A stretch of 32,000 nt of DNA. It comes from Ignicoccus islandicus DSM 13165 (lineage in GTDB: Archaea; Thermoproteota; Thermoprotei_A; Sulfolobales; Ignicoccaceae). Below are positions 15,626 to 24,466 of the stretch, in pieces. The position numbers and the translations under genes are program-made. The notes beneath the pieces are model-generated. The model was not told the origin of the DNA, did not search any database, and saw only the letters and a list, made by a program, of their open reading frames with translations. The first letter of the stretch is position 1, and every line of letters starts with the position of its first letter. The stretch spans positions 480,001 to 512,000 of the forward strand of contig NZ_CP006867.1 in the NCBI RefSeq assembly GCF_001481685.1, given 5' to 3'.

Positions 15626-16228
15626 ATGTTCGATTCCTTCTTGAAAATGCTAGGAGTTAGATCCCTAGACGAAATCGTAAGAGAGTTAGAGAAAGAAGTA
15701 ACAATAATAGAATATCCTAGGGGAACTGCGACCCCTCTCTTAATTAGCAATAAGATAAAAGTAATAGAAGGGGAACCAGAGTATGGATGGCGCAAACCTT
15801 ATCTAAAAATAAGAGGAGAAAGGGCCTTGGATTTCTTTGGTATGCCCCAGGGAGTATTAATAAACGGACTAGCTGAAGCATTGCTCTACGTATCCGGGTC
15901 GTTAATGGGAATAAGAGATAAAGTTCCTCAATCTATATTAAGAGTTTACGTTTACCCCGGACTTCCTTGCTATTTCGTTCTAAAGGAAATAGGTAAGTTA
16001 ACATATATTGACGGATTAACTATAGAGGTAATTAGCGTAGATAACGAAGAACGTTACGAATTACTTAAGAGACTAGGCGTTAACAAGGTTCCAACTTTCG
16101 AGTTCGATGGCGAATACTTATACACGGGTAGATTAAGTGCAGAGGAACTATACTTCTTGATAATGAAAAAGATAAGGGCAAGGGAATTAAACTCCGATAA
16201 GGATGGCTCTCGAGATGGGTCGAGTTGA
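15626..16228 (+). CDS. Hypothetical protein with a C-terminal glutaredoxin/thioredoxin-like fold and a single Cys
   Basis: RVYVYPGLPCYFV...LGVNKVPTFEFDGEYLYTG resembles small archaeal Trx/Grx-fold proteins. Only one Cys sits where CxxC is expected. The N-terminal 100 aa are unassigned. Confidence 0.45.
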   Translation: MFDSFLKMLGVRSLDEIVRELEKEVTIIEYPRGTATPLLISNKIKVIEGEPEYGWRKPYLKIRGERALDFFGMPQGVLINGLAEALLYVSGSLMGIRDKVPQSILRVYVYPGLPCYFVLKEIGKLTYIDGLTIEVISVDNEERYELLKRLGVNKVPTFEFDGEYLYTGRLSAEELYFLIMKKIRARELNSDKDGSRDGSS

Positions 16229-16229
16229 A

Positions 16230-17141
16230 ATGTGGGTATGTGCAAAGGCGTTCTCTAGCTCAGCTAACTTGGGTCCCGGATACGACGTCTTAGCTCTAGC
16301 TCATGACGCGTATTACGATGTCGTATGTGTAAGGAAATCAGAGAAAACCTTCGTCTCTAGAGTCACGGGGGCATACGAAGTTCCCCGAGAGGGCAATAAC
16401 GCCATAGCTGCTGCTGAGGCAACATTGGAGAGTCTAGGTGCAGACATGGGAGTTGAAATTTGGGTTCACAAAGGCGTTCCACCGGGAAGAGGATTAGGTT
16501 CCTCCGGCGCAACTGCTGCTGCAACGGTAAAGGCAATCGAGTTATTATTAGGAAAGGCTCTTGACCCAAACGTTGCGGTAAGAGCAGCAGCTGAAGGCGA
16601 GAGAGCTGCCACCGGTTCCGCACACGCAGACAACGTAGCTGCCTCTTACTTAGGTGGTCTCGTTATGGTAATGTACAATCCTTTGCAAGTGGTCCAGCTA
16701 GGATTTCCGAAGGTAAAGTTCATTGTAGCGACGCCGTGGTTTGATGTTCCTGAAGGGAAGACAGGTCAGGCTAGAAGAGTTTTGCCCAATGAAGTATCGC
16801 TGTCAGACTTGGTAACCATGACCTCCGGGGCTTTAGCTGTGGTTGAAGGTTTGAAACGAGGAGATTCGTCGTTGCTAGCTAGGGGCCTAGAGATGGATCC
16901 TGTTGTAACACCAGCCAGATCGAAGCTGATACCTTGCTATAACGAAGTTTATAAGGCAGCTAAAGACGCTGGCGCTCTAGCTGTGACGATCTCGGGTGCC
17001 GGACCTTCCATAATAATATTAGGCGATGAGGGCTCCGCTAAAGCAGTCATAGAAAAGTGGAAATCGTGTGGAATAGAAGCCTCATATAAAGAGGTAGAAG
17101 TAGCTAAGGGGGCAAGCGCTACTACACCCCCTCACGTTTGA
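16230..17141 (+). CDS. thrB: Homoserine kinase (GHMP kinase)
   Basis: SSSANLGPGYDVLALA, PPGRGLGSSGATAAA and HADNVAASYLGG are present. ATG 16230 follows the upstream stop directly. The track ORF starts at 16203. Confidence 0.88.
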   Translation: MWVCAKAFSSSANLGPGYDVLALAHDAYYDVVCVRKSEKTFVSRVTGAYEVPREGNNAIAAAEATLESLGADMGVEIWVHKGVPPGRGLGSSGATAAATVKAIELLLGKALDPNVAVRAAAEGERAATGSAHADNVAASYLGGLVMVMYNPLQVVQLGFPKVKFIVATPWFDVPEGKTGQARRVLPNEVSLSDLVTMTSGALAVVEGLKRGDSSLLARGLEMDPVVTPARSKLIPCYNEVYKAAKDAGALAVTISGAGPSIIILGDEGSAKAVIEKWKSCGIEASYKEVEVAKGASATTPPHV

Positions 17142-18208
17142 TCCATAATGAATCTTTCTATTAGTATCATTGAGACGGCGGTCGCCAATATTGATATCAT
17201 ACCATATATTAACATTGTAGGTACGTCGCTTTGAAGTATTACCTTCAACATCTCACCGTAAGTAGCAGTCGCTGGAACGGACGCTAATACGCTACCTATC
17301 TTTACCAATATCATCGAGCTTATAGTCCATGTTAATAATACTATTGCGTCTCTCCATACGTTTACGTCCCTCCGTCTTATTTTTTCGATGATGTTAGTCA
17401 GTAACAATAGAGCTATGCCGGCTGCTAGATACGGGAACGCGTTAGTAATTATGGCTGATATAGATCTTATATTGATCCCACCATACTGCTGGACCGTCAA
17501 GTAGCTAACTACGAGCGCTATCAGCATCGAGGTAGAACTTATCAGCGTAAATGCCATTGAAATGGGGTTGGTTTTCCACCAGTTAATTATCCTCTCGTCT
17601 AGTTCGAAACCTCTAATTATCATCGATAAACCCACGAGCATTCCGATAATTGGGATGGCATAGCTCATCAATCCAGTCAAGCTGAGCAGACTGAACGTGA
17701 AGATGAGTAATCCGGGGAATCCTAGGGTATACCTTGCGAACCTTTTCTCTGTAAGGGCTTTCCTTAAGAACTTTGTTAACAGAACGTATAATTGTTCTAT
17801 ATTCCTGGATTGTTCAACTATGACCCTTCGGGTATAGGCAACTCTGGCTAACTCCGATATGGCGTTAACTACGTTCTCATCTTCGGGATTATCGGTAACT
17901 ACAATAATTTCATCGATGTTGTATTTCTTAACGAGTTCGGCTACTTGTTCTTGGACCTTCTTAATGGCATAGTAGCCACCTCTCTGAGATCCAGAAACTA
18001 TTGCTACGAGCGATTCCTCGCCGAGAGTTTTGGCTTCTTGAAGCGCGGCGAAAATCGCATTTAAATCGGAATCCTCTGGACGTTCAATACCAAACTTAAC
18101 TGCCGCGTTTACGACCTCATCCCAACCAACAACGGGTGTCTTTATTCCGACTCTACCCAAATCATCATCGATATCAACCGAGATCACCAAGGTCTTCTTC
18201 AAATCCAT
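17132..18208 (-). CDS. DUF373 family integral membrane protein
   Basis: The N-terminal soluble domain reads MDLKKTLVISVDIDDDLGRVGIKTPVVG...IVSGS and is followed by about 7 TM helices. This is a conserved archaeal architecture. The track ORF extends to 18235. Confidence 0.6.
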   Translation of the reverse strand: MDLKKTLVISVDIDDDLGRVGIKTPVVGWDEVVNAAVKFGIERPEDSDLNAIFAALQEAKTLGEESLVAIVSGSQRGGYYAIKKVQEQVAELVKKYNIDEIIVVTDNPEDENVVNAISELARVAYTRRVIVEQSRNIEQLYVLLTKFLRKALTEKRFARYTLGFPGLLIFTFSLLSLTGLMSYAIPIIGMLVGLSMIIRGFELDERIINWWKTNPISMAFTLISSTSMLIALVVSYLTVQQYGGINIRSISAIITNAFPYLAAGIALLLLTNIIEKIRRRDVNVWRDAIVLLTWTISSMILVKIGSVLASVPATATYGEMLKVILQSDVPTMLIYGMISILATAVSMILIERFIMDQT

Positions 18209-19061
18209 CCCCCATAAGTATCTTGAATTCCTCAAAGGTCAGCGGTTCACCACGCTCCATTTTCTCCATAGCTCTCCTTTTAAGTTCCTCTATCATTTCA
18301 ATTCCTTTACTCATCTTAACTTTCTTATCGAGGTTCTTTAGCTCGTCAATTAATTTCCTCTTCTCTTCCTCTAACCGAGCCACTTCGCTGTCTATTTCCT
18401 CTATCTTTTTAGATAGTTCCTCTATTTTTGGAGTTAACTCATCGATCTTTGAGTTTAGGTTATTAACTACTTCTCTGACATTATTAATCCTGTTATCAAG
18501 TTCGCTAATTTCCTCGGATTTCTTTCTTATCATTTGATCGTAGTCCCTTAGAAGTATCTTTAATCTAGCTAGCTCGGCCCTTAGCTCTAGTAGTTTCTTC
18601 TTTTTCTCTTCTACTTCCATTGCTTTCTCGAGCAAGCTTTCGAGTCTCGCTATCTTCCTTATCAGTTCCTCTTCTTCCTCACGCGTCAGCACGCTAGTTT
18701 GTTGTTTCCATTCTAGGTACTGGATTCGTTTCCTTAAGGCCTCAATCGACTTAATAGTTTTGGAATTAGTCACAGTTGATTTGAGCGACCGTAGTTCGTT
18801 TAGGACTTTATTGAGTTCCTCCCTAACCTTTCGTCTTTCCTCCCTGAGTCTTCTAACTTCTTCAACTTTACTCTTTCTTTCGTTTATTAGTTCCCTCAGC
18901 CTTTGCGTTTCGTTCTTCTTCTCATTTATTAGATTTTTTCTATCGTTCCTCAATTTCCTAACTGTTTGTATTAGCTGTCTTCTCTCTTCTTTTAGCTCCT
19001 TCAGTCTCTCGTTAACTTCGTCCAATCTTTTCTCCAATTCCTTATAACCAGCCATACTCAT
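18174..19061 (-). CDS. Archaeal coiled-coil protein (COG1340-like)
   Basis: It is 295 aa and almost entirely heptad-like E/K/R/L-rich sequence. The opposite-strand ORFs here are low-complexity mirror images. Confidence 0.6.
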   Translation of the reverse strand: MSMAGYKELEKRLDEVNERLKELKEERRQLIQTVRKLRNDRKNLINEKKNETQRLRELINERKSKVEEVRRLREERRKVREELNKVLNELRSLKSTVTNSKTIKSIEALRKRIQYLEWKQQTSVLTREEEEELIRKIARLESLLEKAMEVEEKKKKLLELRAELARLKILLRDYDQMIRKKSEEISELDNRINNVREVVNNLNSKIDELTPKIEELSKKIEEIDSEVARLEEEKRKLIDELKNLDKKVKMSKGIEMIEELKRRAMEKMERGEPLTFEEFKILMGDGFEEDLGDLG

Positions 19062-19079
19062 GGCGACATCCCCTTAGAC

Positions 19080-19844
19080 TTAGGTTGAATAGTCTTCACC
19101 GCCATAGAGTTCGCGTTGTATGGAGGCATACAGATTGTCAAGCCCCTCCTCTGTTAGAGCGGAGACGGTTATAACGTCTCCAAATTCGTGGGTAGTAAGC
19201 ATTTCAATTAACCTACTAACAATTCCGCTTTCTTCCCCTTGAACGTCTAACAAAATGGACTCCGGTTCCTCGAGCCATCGACTGAGCTTCTCTAGTTGCT
19301 GCAATGATAATAAATCAACTTTATTCAATGCCATCGATTGAGGCAACCTCAACCGTAACTTGACGCTAATGCCAAGAGTTAAGAGCGATGTGAAAGCGTA
19401 TGGATCGAGATCATAATCGCCTTTTGAAATTACGGATGAATCTATAACGTAAACCAGCGTACTCTTATCGTTCATGCTTAACCTCTCGATAATACCAGTT
19501 GTTACCTTCCTAAAAGCGAAGAGCTCTATTTGACCGGGCGTATCTACTATCACGTAGTCCGCATTATATTCCTCCACTTCGTTCCTTAGGAACTCGACGT
19601 GGTTGTATATTTCGTCAACTGCCCTTATCATAGCTCCGTTAGGTCCTAACCCGCTTTCTAAGAACTTCTCATAGGAAACGTACCTCCTTACGTCTACGTC
19701 AGGTTCGTAAGGTAAGTACCTAACTGCTGGATCTAGATTAACTATACATACGCTTAATTGATGATCCTCTAGCCATTCGCTAAACGATTTAGTTAAGAGA
19801 CTCTTCCCAGACGCTGCTGTTCCAACAATGTAAACAAAGAACAA
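19080..19844 (-). CDS. GPN-loop GTPase
   Basis: The P-loop is GTAASGKS. NLDPA, the GPNGAMI (GPN) motif and DTPGQIELF are present. The start is TTG. Confidence 0.88.
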   Translation of the reverse strand: MFFVYIVGTAASGKSLLTKSFSEWLEDHQLSVCIVNLDPAVRYLPYEPDVDVRRYVSYEKFLESGLGPNGAMIRAVDEIYNHVEFLRNEVEEYNADYVIVDTPGQIELFAFRKVTTGIIERLSMNDKSTLVYVIDSSVISKGDYDLDPYAFTSLLTLGISVKLRLRLPQSMALNKVDLLSLQQLEKLSRWLEEPESILLDVQGEESGIVSRLIEMLTTHEFGDVITVSALTEEGLDNLYASIQRELYGGEDYST

Positions 19845-19961
19845 CTCACCTTGACCCGAGCACCTACTTCACTAACTCTCAATTAACTTTAGTCAAGGTA
19901 CCGCGCTCTGCACTCAGCTTATATTATATTAAAAGTAATTAGAATATCGAGGATGTAACTC

Positions 19962-20939
19962 ATGCTCAAAGCAAAAGACATTATGAGAACCGACTTTCCT
20001 AAGGCTTCTCCAGACGAGACATTGGACAAAGTACTTGAAAAAATGTTGCAACACGAATACGGCGGAGTATTGGTTCTGACCGAAGAAGGAGAGCTTGAAG
20101 GGGTAGTAACTGAGAGGGACGTACTTAGGGTTATATCCTCGAAAAAGAATCTCGGGGACGTAAAAGTAGGAGAAGTTGTGAAGAAGACCGTAATAGTAGT
20201 GTACGCTGACGTACCATTTAAGATGGTTCTCCAATTGTTCGGTGCATATAAGATAAGGAGGCTCCCGGTCATAGATAGCGAGGGTAAGGTAGTTGGCGTT
20301 ATAAGCTCTACAGACGCAGTCTACAGAGGCATACCTAAGGTCTTACATCCTCTCGCTGGGAAGTTGAGGGACGTAATTGAAGAACCAGTAGAGGTGGAGG
20401 ACGATCTCTGGAACGCAGTTTCAGTAATATTAGAGAAAGGTCTAGATGGCGTGTTCGTAGGCGATAAGTTAATTTCTCAAAGGAGTTTATTGAGGGCGTA
20501 CTTAGAGGGAGGTAAGCCTTCCGATTACTCAGAGCCTTACGTAACGTTACCTTCGGATACTCCTTTGAAGAACGTCGCAGAAATAATGAGGTTAAACGGA
20601 GTCAGGTTCGTCGTAAACGAGGAAAAGAAATACGCCTTCACTCGTCAGATAGCAATAGGTTCGGCCGAGCTAGTAGAAAACGTCATAAAGAGTTACGTTC
20701 TCATCGATATAAAAACGGGGAACGAATCTCAAGCTGTTCGCGAACTGTATAGTATACCCAACGTAGTATCTTACGAATACGTAACAGGACCATTCGATCT
20801 AGTACTAACTCTCCTAGGAAGTTCGATCGATGAAATAACTGATATAGTTATGAACCACGTAAGGTCCAAGCCGTACGTTAATGATACCCTTACATTAATA
20901 GTCTTTGATGCAAAGACCAGCAAGGTGGAAAGGGAATGA
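19962..20939 (+). CDS. CBS-domain protein (two Bateman modules) fused to a C-terminal Lrp/AsnC-type RAM-like domain
   Basis: CBS-like segments repeat (DIMRTDFPKASPDETL...GVVTERDVL; RRLPVIDSEGKVVGVISSTD). The C-terminus is YVLIDIKTGNESQAVRELYSIPNVVSYEYVTGPFDLVLTLL, which resembles an AsnC ligand-binding domain. Confidence 0.6.
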   Translation: MLKAKDIMRTDFPKASPDETLDKVLEKMLQHEYGGVLVLTEEGELEGVVTERDVLRVISSKKNLGDVKVGEVVKKTVIVVYADVPFKMVLQLFGAYKIRRLPVIDSEGKVVGVISSTDAVYRGIPKVLHPLAGKLRDVIEEPVEVEDDLWNAVSVILEKGLDGVFVGDKLISQRSLLRAYLEGGKPSDYSEPYVTLPSDTPLKNVAEIMRLNGVRFVVNEEKKYAFTRQIAIGSAELVENVIKSYVLIDIKTGNESQAVRELYSIPNVVSYEYVTGPFDLVLTLLGSSIDEITDIVMNHVRSKPYVNDTLTLIVFDAKTSKVERE

Positions 20940-21373
20940 CAATACTAGTTTTCGATGACTCTGAGAAGCTACGTGACTATATTGGGAGATTAAAGAAAGA
21001 AATTGAAGAAAAGAGAAGGATCGTTGATAAATTAATGGCCAGATACGAAGAAGAGGTAGCGGAACTAGAAGTGTTAAAGAAAATGGGAGCTACAGTTGAT
21101 GAAAAAGAGGCTACATTGAAGATGGAAATAGACGGAGTACCTCTCTATATAAAACCTAATCCCTTGAAGGTGTATGAACTCCTCAAGAGAATAAAAAGCG
21201 AAATAGAAGCAGAAGAGAAATCTATTTCGACCCTAGAATCGATAGCAGAAAAACTATCGAGCCTTCCCGGTTTCGCGGTCATAGTAGAGGTAAAGAACGG
21301 TAATATTGTAGCAGCATACATGGATAGAGTAGGGTCAATTTCTCTTACTTCAGCAGAGTCTGAAAAAAGCTAA
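20936..21373 (+). CDS. Hypothetical coiled-coil protein
   Basis: It is 145 aa. Its start overlaps the upstream stop (ATGA). I recognise no family. Confidence 0.45.
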   Translation: MTILVFDDSEKLRDYIGRLKKEIEEKRRIVDKLMARYEEEVAELEVLKKMGATVDEKEATLKMEIDGVPLYIKPNPLKVYELLKRIKSEIEAEEKSISTLESIAEKLSSLPGFAVIVEVKNGNIVAAYMDRVGSISLTSAESEKS

Positions 21374-21378
21374 AGCGT

Positions 21379-22410
21379 TTACTTTTTAATTAATTCGAAG
21401 GATAGCATTTCACTTATTTTGCTAATATCTATTCCAAGTCTCTTTCCGCTTACTATGGTAGATATGTCTTCTGCGTCAAGCCTGTATAATAGCATTAGAG
21501 CAACCAAGGTTGATGGACGGAAGGGATAACCTGCAAAGACCGCTTCCGCTCTCTTTCTTTGAATCCTCTTTCCATTAACCAAGAGTTTGCCTAACGCGTC
21601 GTATAGGTCATCTGGCAATCCCTCACCATACGGCGTTCTTCTAAGTATCGGAACAATATCATCTCTCTTAGATTGAAGAATTTGCGAAACCACCTCTGGA
21701 TGACAGCTTGGAATCTGGGTCTTAGGTTCGATTCCTTCAATAACTAATCGAGCGGCCATTACGAACGACAAAGTATCTATTCTAGGGCATAGTAATTTCG
21801 TGAACTCGATCCTACTGGTACCTACGTTAACCTTCTTACCTATTCTGTTAGTCAATCGCAAGAGGGCGTTTAGAAGAGCAACGTCGAGAGCCAATACCAT
21901 TGCCTTCTCGTCATTGGTGCTTCTAAATAACTCCAGTGAGTACTCGATATCACGTGCCATTCTAAAACCTTTTAAGCCTTGAGCGAGGGCCTCGAAGCCT
22001 CTCTCCTTCAATAACGTTTTCAAAGTTGATATCAGTGGATCCTCAGTGAATATTAGGTATTCCTCTACCTCTTCAATAGGCTTATTGGAGGCTTTAGCTC
22101 TCAATAACAACATGACGTCTCTTGCTCTGACGTAATCTTTCATGACTTCAATCAATAACCTCATGTCCATCGAGTTGACGTGTGCTCTCAAAGCGTCTAG
22201 TACTTGTAGATACTTTTTGTACGCTTCTCTTTCGACCGCTTCGGGTTTACTTAGGTCTACTGAAATTCCTTCGAGCCACGTGCCTTTCAAAGCGTTCTTG
22301 ATTTCGTCCTCGTTCTCAGCAGTCAGTAACGAAAGAACTCTCTCGTAAGTGAGCGATTGACCCCTGTAATAGTAAACGACAGGAGCAATAGATATCATTT
22401 CGGACGACAA
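21379..22410 (-). CDS. atpC: A/V-type ATP synthase subunit C (AC39/d family)
   Basis: It is 343 aa, helical, and ends FAGYPFRPSTLVALMLLYRLDAEDISTIVSGKRLGI, as in AtpC. It sits directly downstream of an H-like subunit gene. Confidence 0.7.
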   Translation of the reverse strand: MSSEMISIAPVVYYYRGQSLTYERVLSLLTAENEDEIKNALKGTWLEGISVDLSKPEAVEREAYKKYLQVLDALRAHVNSMDMRLLIEVMKDYVRARDVMLLLRAKASNKPIEEVEEYLIFTEDPLISTLKTLLKERGFEALAQGLKGFRMARDIEYSLELFRSTNDEKAMVLALDVALLNALLRLTNRIGKKVNVGTSRIEFTKLLCPRIDTLSFVMAARLVIEGIEPKTQIPSCHPEVVSQILQSKRDDIVPILRRTPYGEGLPDDLYDALGKLLVNGKRIQRKRAEAVFAGYPFRPSTLVALMLLYRLDAEDISTIVSGKRLGIDISKISEMLSFELIKK

Positions 22411-22418
22411 GGGTCAAC

Positions 22419-22772
22419 TCACCCTAGGAGCGAGTTAACTATCATTTCAACTGCCTTAGGGACTCTTTCCCCCATTTTAGCGGAAGCTTCCTCAACTGTA
22501 ACTTCTATTTCCTTCTCCTTGCTTTTTCGGATCTCATTGATCAAAGCGTTGAGTCTTTCCTCTAATTCCTTGGCTATCTCTTCAAGTTTCTCTTTGGCTA
22601 ATCTTTCTAGTGCGTTAGCTTCAGTAGCGGCTTCGGCTACTAACTTTCCCGCTTCCTCTTCACATTGATTGACTATCTTAATGACGTTTCCTTCAGCCTC
22701 TTGGTAGGTCAATAGGAACTCATTGAATTTTTCGTTTATCGTTTTGATTCTGTTGTTCATAACCATTCTCAC
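22419..22772 (-). CDS. A-type ATP synthase subunit H-like (peripheral stalk, G-like) coiled-coil protein
   Basis: It is about 113-117 aa and E/A/K-rich with a single long helix, lying just upstream of atpC. The likely start is ATG 22760, 8 nt after GGTGA. Confidence 0.45.
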   Translation of the reverse strand: MRMVMNNRIKTINEKFNEFLLTYQEAEGNVIKIVNQCEEEAGKLVAEAATEANALERLAKEKLEEIAKELEERLNALINEIRKSKEKEIEVTVEEASAKMGERVPKAVEMIVNSLLG

Positions 22773-22903
22773 CCTTAGTTACTAATTAGAAGGAGGCTTA
22801 AATGGACTCCTCCAGATGTTTTCCTTTACAAGGTAACTTAAGCTATATAATACATTCAAAAATTAAACTGAAAGTAAGTTAGAGTGAATAGGGACAGTAA
22901 AGC

Positions 22904-23482
22904 GTGAGAACCGAACTTAAGGGGAGCTCGGAACTGGTCGGGGCATTGCTACTACTCGCTATCGTTCTAGGGCTTTCGACGTACTACTTAGTACCGACCT
23001 TCACGGCCGTTGAAAAGTACTCTAAGTATGTGGAGAAATATTTAGAAATGATAGATTTACGATCTAGAGTTTACGAACTCTTCGTCGGTCCAGTAGGAGC
23101 AGTGCCGGGAGGAATGTGTTCGGTCGCAAACACAGATTTGGTATGTAGTGTGAGCTTCCCATATCTAGGGGTACCGGGGGCCGTAATACCCGAAGCCGTA
23201 TACGTTCTAAGCGACGGAATGATAAGTTGCGTTCCTAAAGACTTCGTGGTAACGCACACGAGAGTTAGTATCGAGAGGATACAGTACTACAGTATGTCAA
23301 TCATAGTAACCTTCAAGTCATGTGAGGTGAACAACAGTTACGCGAAGCTCGCAGTAGGGTTCGTTAAGCCGGTAACAGTTGGTTTAGAATCAACAGTGAA
23401 TGACGGAACGACCACTTCAACCGTTTCCTTCCTAAATGCCAATCCTCCAGTGATTTTCACCATCTACGTTCCAGTTAAATGA
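22904..23482 (+). CDS. Archaeal type-IV-pilin-like protein with a class III signal peptide
   Basis: The N-terminus is MRTELKG/SSELVGALLLLAIVLGLSTYYLV: a short basic leader, Gly, then a hydrophobic helix. The remainder is beta-rich and Cys-containing. The start is GTG. Confidence 0.55.
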   Translation: MRTELKGSSELVGALLLLAIVLGLSTYYLVPTFTAVEKYSKYVEKYLEMIDLRSRVYELFVGPVGAVPGGMCSVANTDLVCSVSFPYLGVPGAVIPEAVYVLSDGMISCVPKDFVVTHTRVSIERIQYYSMSIIVTFKSCEVNNSYAKLAVGFVKPVTVGLESTVNDGTTTSTVSFLNANPPVIFTIYVPVK

Positions 23483-23505
23483 AGCACATTAGGAGGTGCG
23501 AAATA

Positions 23506-24048
23506 ATGGCTAAGGGATTAGGTTCCCTGGAAACTGCAATTCTGATATCCGTCGTAACCCTCATTTCAGCTGGTATACTGACGTGGATGATAAATGCCAA
23601 ACCCTCCTCAGAAGAGAAGGGTGGACAATTATTCGTAAGCGCGATGGCAGTGGGATTTAAAGAAGTGAGTGGAAACCTTACGGAGTGGTTCAATGGAGGC
23701 GGTACAATAAAAGTATCATTGCCCAACGTTAGCGACAAAGTGTACTTATACAAACCTTCGTTTGACGTAATCGGACCCTTTGGAGATAAAGAGAAAGCAA
23801 AGAGCGTAATTCTGGGAAGGGTTTTAGCCGGAAGGGGATGCATAAGTGGAGTCAAGATCTACGATCTAAATAGTTCAACTATTGCAATAGTTCAGATAAG
23901 TACCCAAAACAACGAGTGCGTAAGGGTGAGGAGAGGTCAAATTATTATGGTGTACGTACCAATACTCCTAGACAAGTTCGCTAACATTAAATTCTTTGGA
24001 CCTAGTCACATCCATACCTTAAACGTATGGATGACTCAAGTACGTTAG
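23506..24048 (+). CDS. Archaeal type-IV-pilin-like protein with a class III signal peptide
   Basis: The internal ATG at 23506 gives MAKG/LGSLETAILISVVTLISAGILTWMI. The track ORF start at 23479 adds 9 residues and overlaps the upstream stop. Confidence 0.55.
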   Translation: MAKGLGSLETAILISVVTLISAGILTWMINAKPSSEEKGGQLFVSAMAVGFKEVSGNLTEWFNGGGTIKVSLPNVSDKVYLYKPSFDVIGPFGDKEKAKSVILGRVLAGRGCISGVKIYDLNSSTIAIVQISTQNNECVRVRRGQIIMVYVPILLDKFANIKFFGPSHIHTLNVWMTQVR

Positions 24049-24126
24049 GTTTCATTAAATAGTTCGAATAAAGCTTATTTTTGATACGTTTACAAAGACC
24101 ACAATGGAAGGGACTCGAAACTTCCT

Positions 24127-24205
24127 GGCCCCGTAGTCTAGCCTGGACTAGGACGCCGGCCTGCGGAGCCGGTGATCCCGGGTTCAAATCCCGGCGGGGC
24201 CGCCA
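24127..24205 (+). tRNA. tRNA-Arg (anticodon GCG), CCA encoded
   Basis: GGCCCCGTAGTCTAGCCTGGACTAGGACGCCGGCCTGCGGAGCCGGTGATCCCGGGTTCAAATCCCGGCGGGGCCGCCA. The acceptor stem is GGCCCCG/CGGGGCC. The anticodon stem is CCGGC/GCCGG with loop CTGCGGA. The T-loop is TTCAAAT. Confidence 0.92.
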
Positions 24206-24308
24206 TTTAGTCATTCCAGTTTTACTGCGACTGCATCCAATTAGACGCGAAGAGTTACGCCTCCTTGCTTTTTCCTAACTCCAAGTTGATTTCTAGGGAA
24301 AAGAACGA

Positions 24309-24458
24309 TTAAGATTTAAATTTCTTGAACTTCTTCCGGAAGTACAATTCTACTATTATAGCAATAACGGTACCAAATACGAAGCCTAAGATTATGGCTA
24401 ACCACACGTTCTCTGGAGTGGGAGGAAACGGTCCGCGAAAGCTACTTATAAAGGGCAT
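24309..24458 (-). CDS. Possible small (49 aa) single-pass membrane protein, below the ORF-track length cutoff
   Basis: My translation is MPFISSFRGPFPPTPENVWLAIILGFVFGTVIAIIVELYFRKKFKKFKS. ATG 24458 lies 8 nt after the PfkB stop, and a basic tail follows the TM helix. Confidence 0.35.
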   Translation of the reverse strand: MPFISSFRGPFPPTPENVWLAIILGFVFGTVIAIIVELYFRKKFKKFKS

Positions 24459-24466
24459 GAGCGCGC

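Noticed and set aside
18191-18215. TTCAAATCCATCCCCC string resembling the tRNA-Leu T-arm/acceptor (TTCAAATCCCACCCCCC)
   Set aside because: The match is short and imperfect, lies inside the DUF373 coding start and is in the wrong orientation for an att duplicate. It is most likely chance.
18136-19047. Plus-strand ORFs 18136-18537 and 18760-19047 (S/L/F-rich)
   Set aside because: They are mirror-image low-complexity frames of the E/K/R/L-rich coiled-coil gene on the minus strand.
24002-24278. ORFs 24002-24214 (minus) and 24081-24278 (plus)
   Set aside because: Both span the tRNA-Arg gene and its flanks. Their Arg/Pro/Gly-rich translations are typical of ORFs read through a tRNA.
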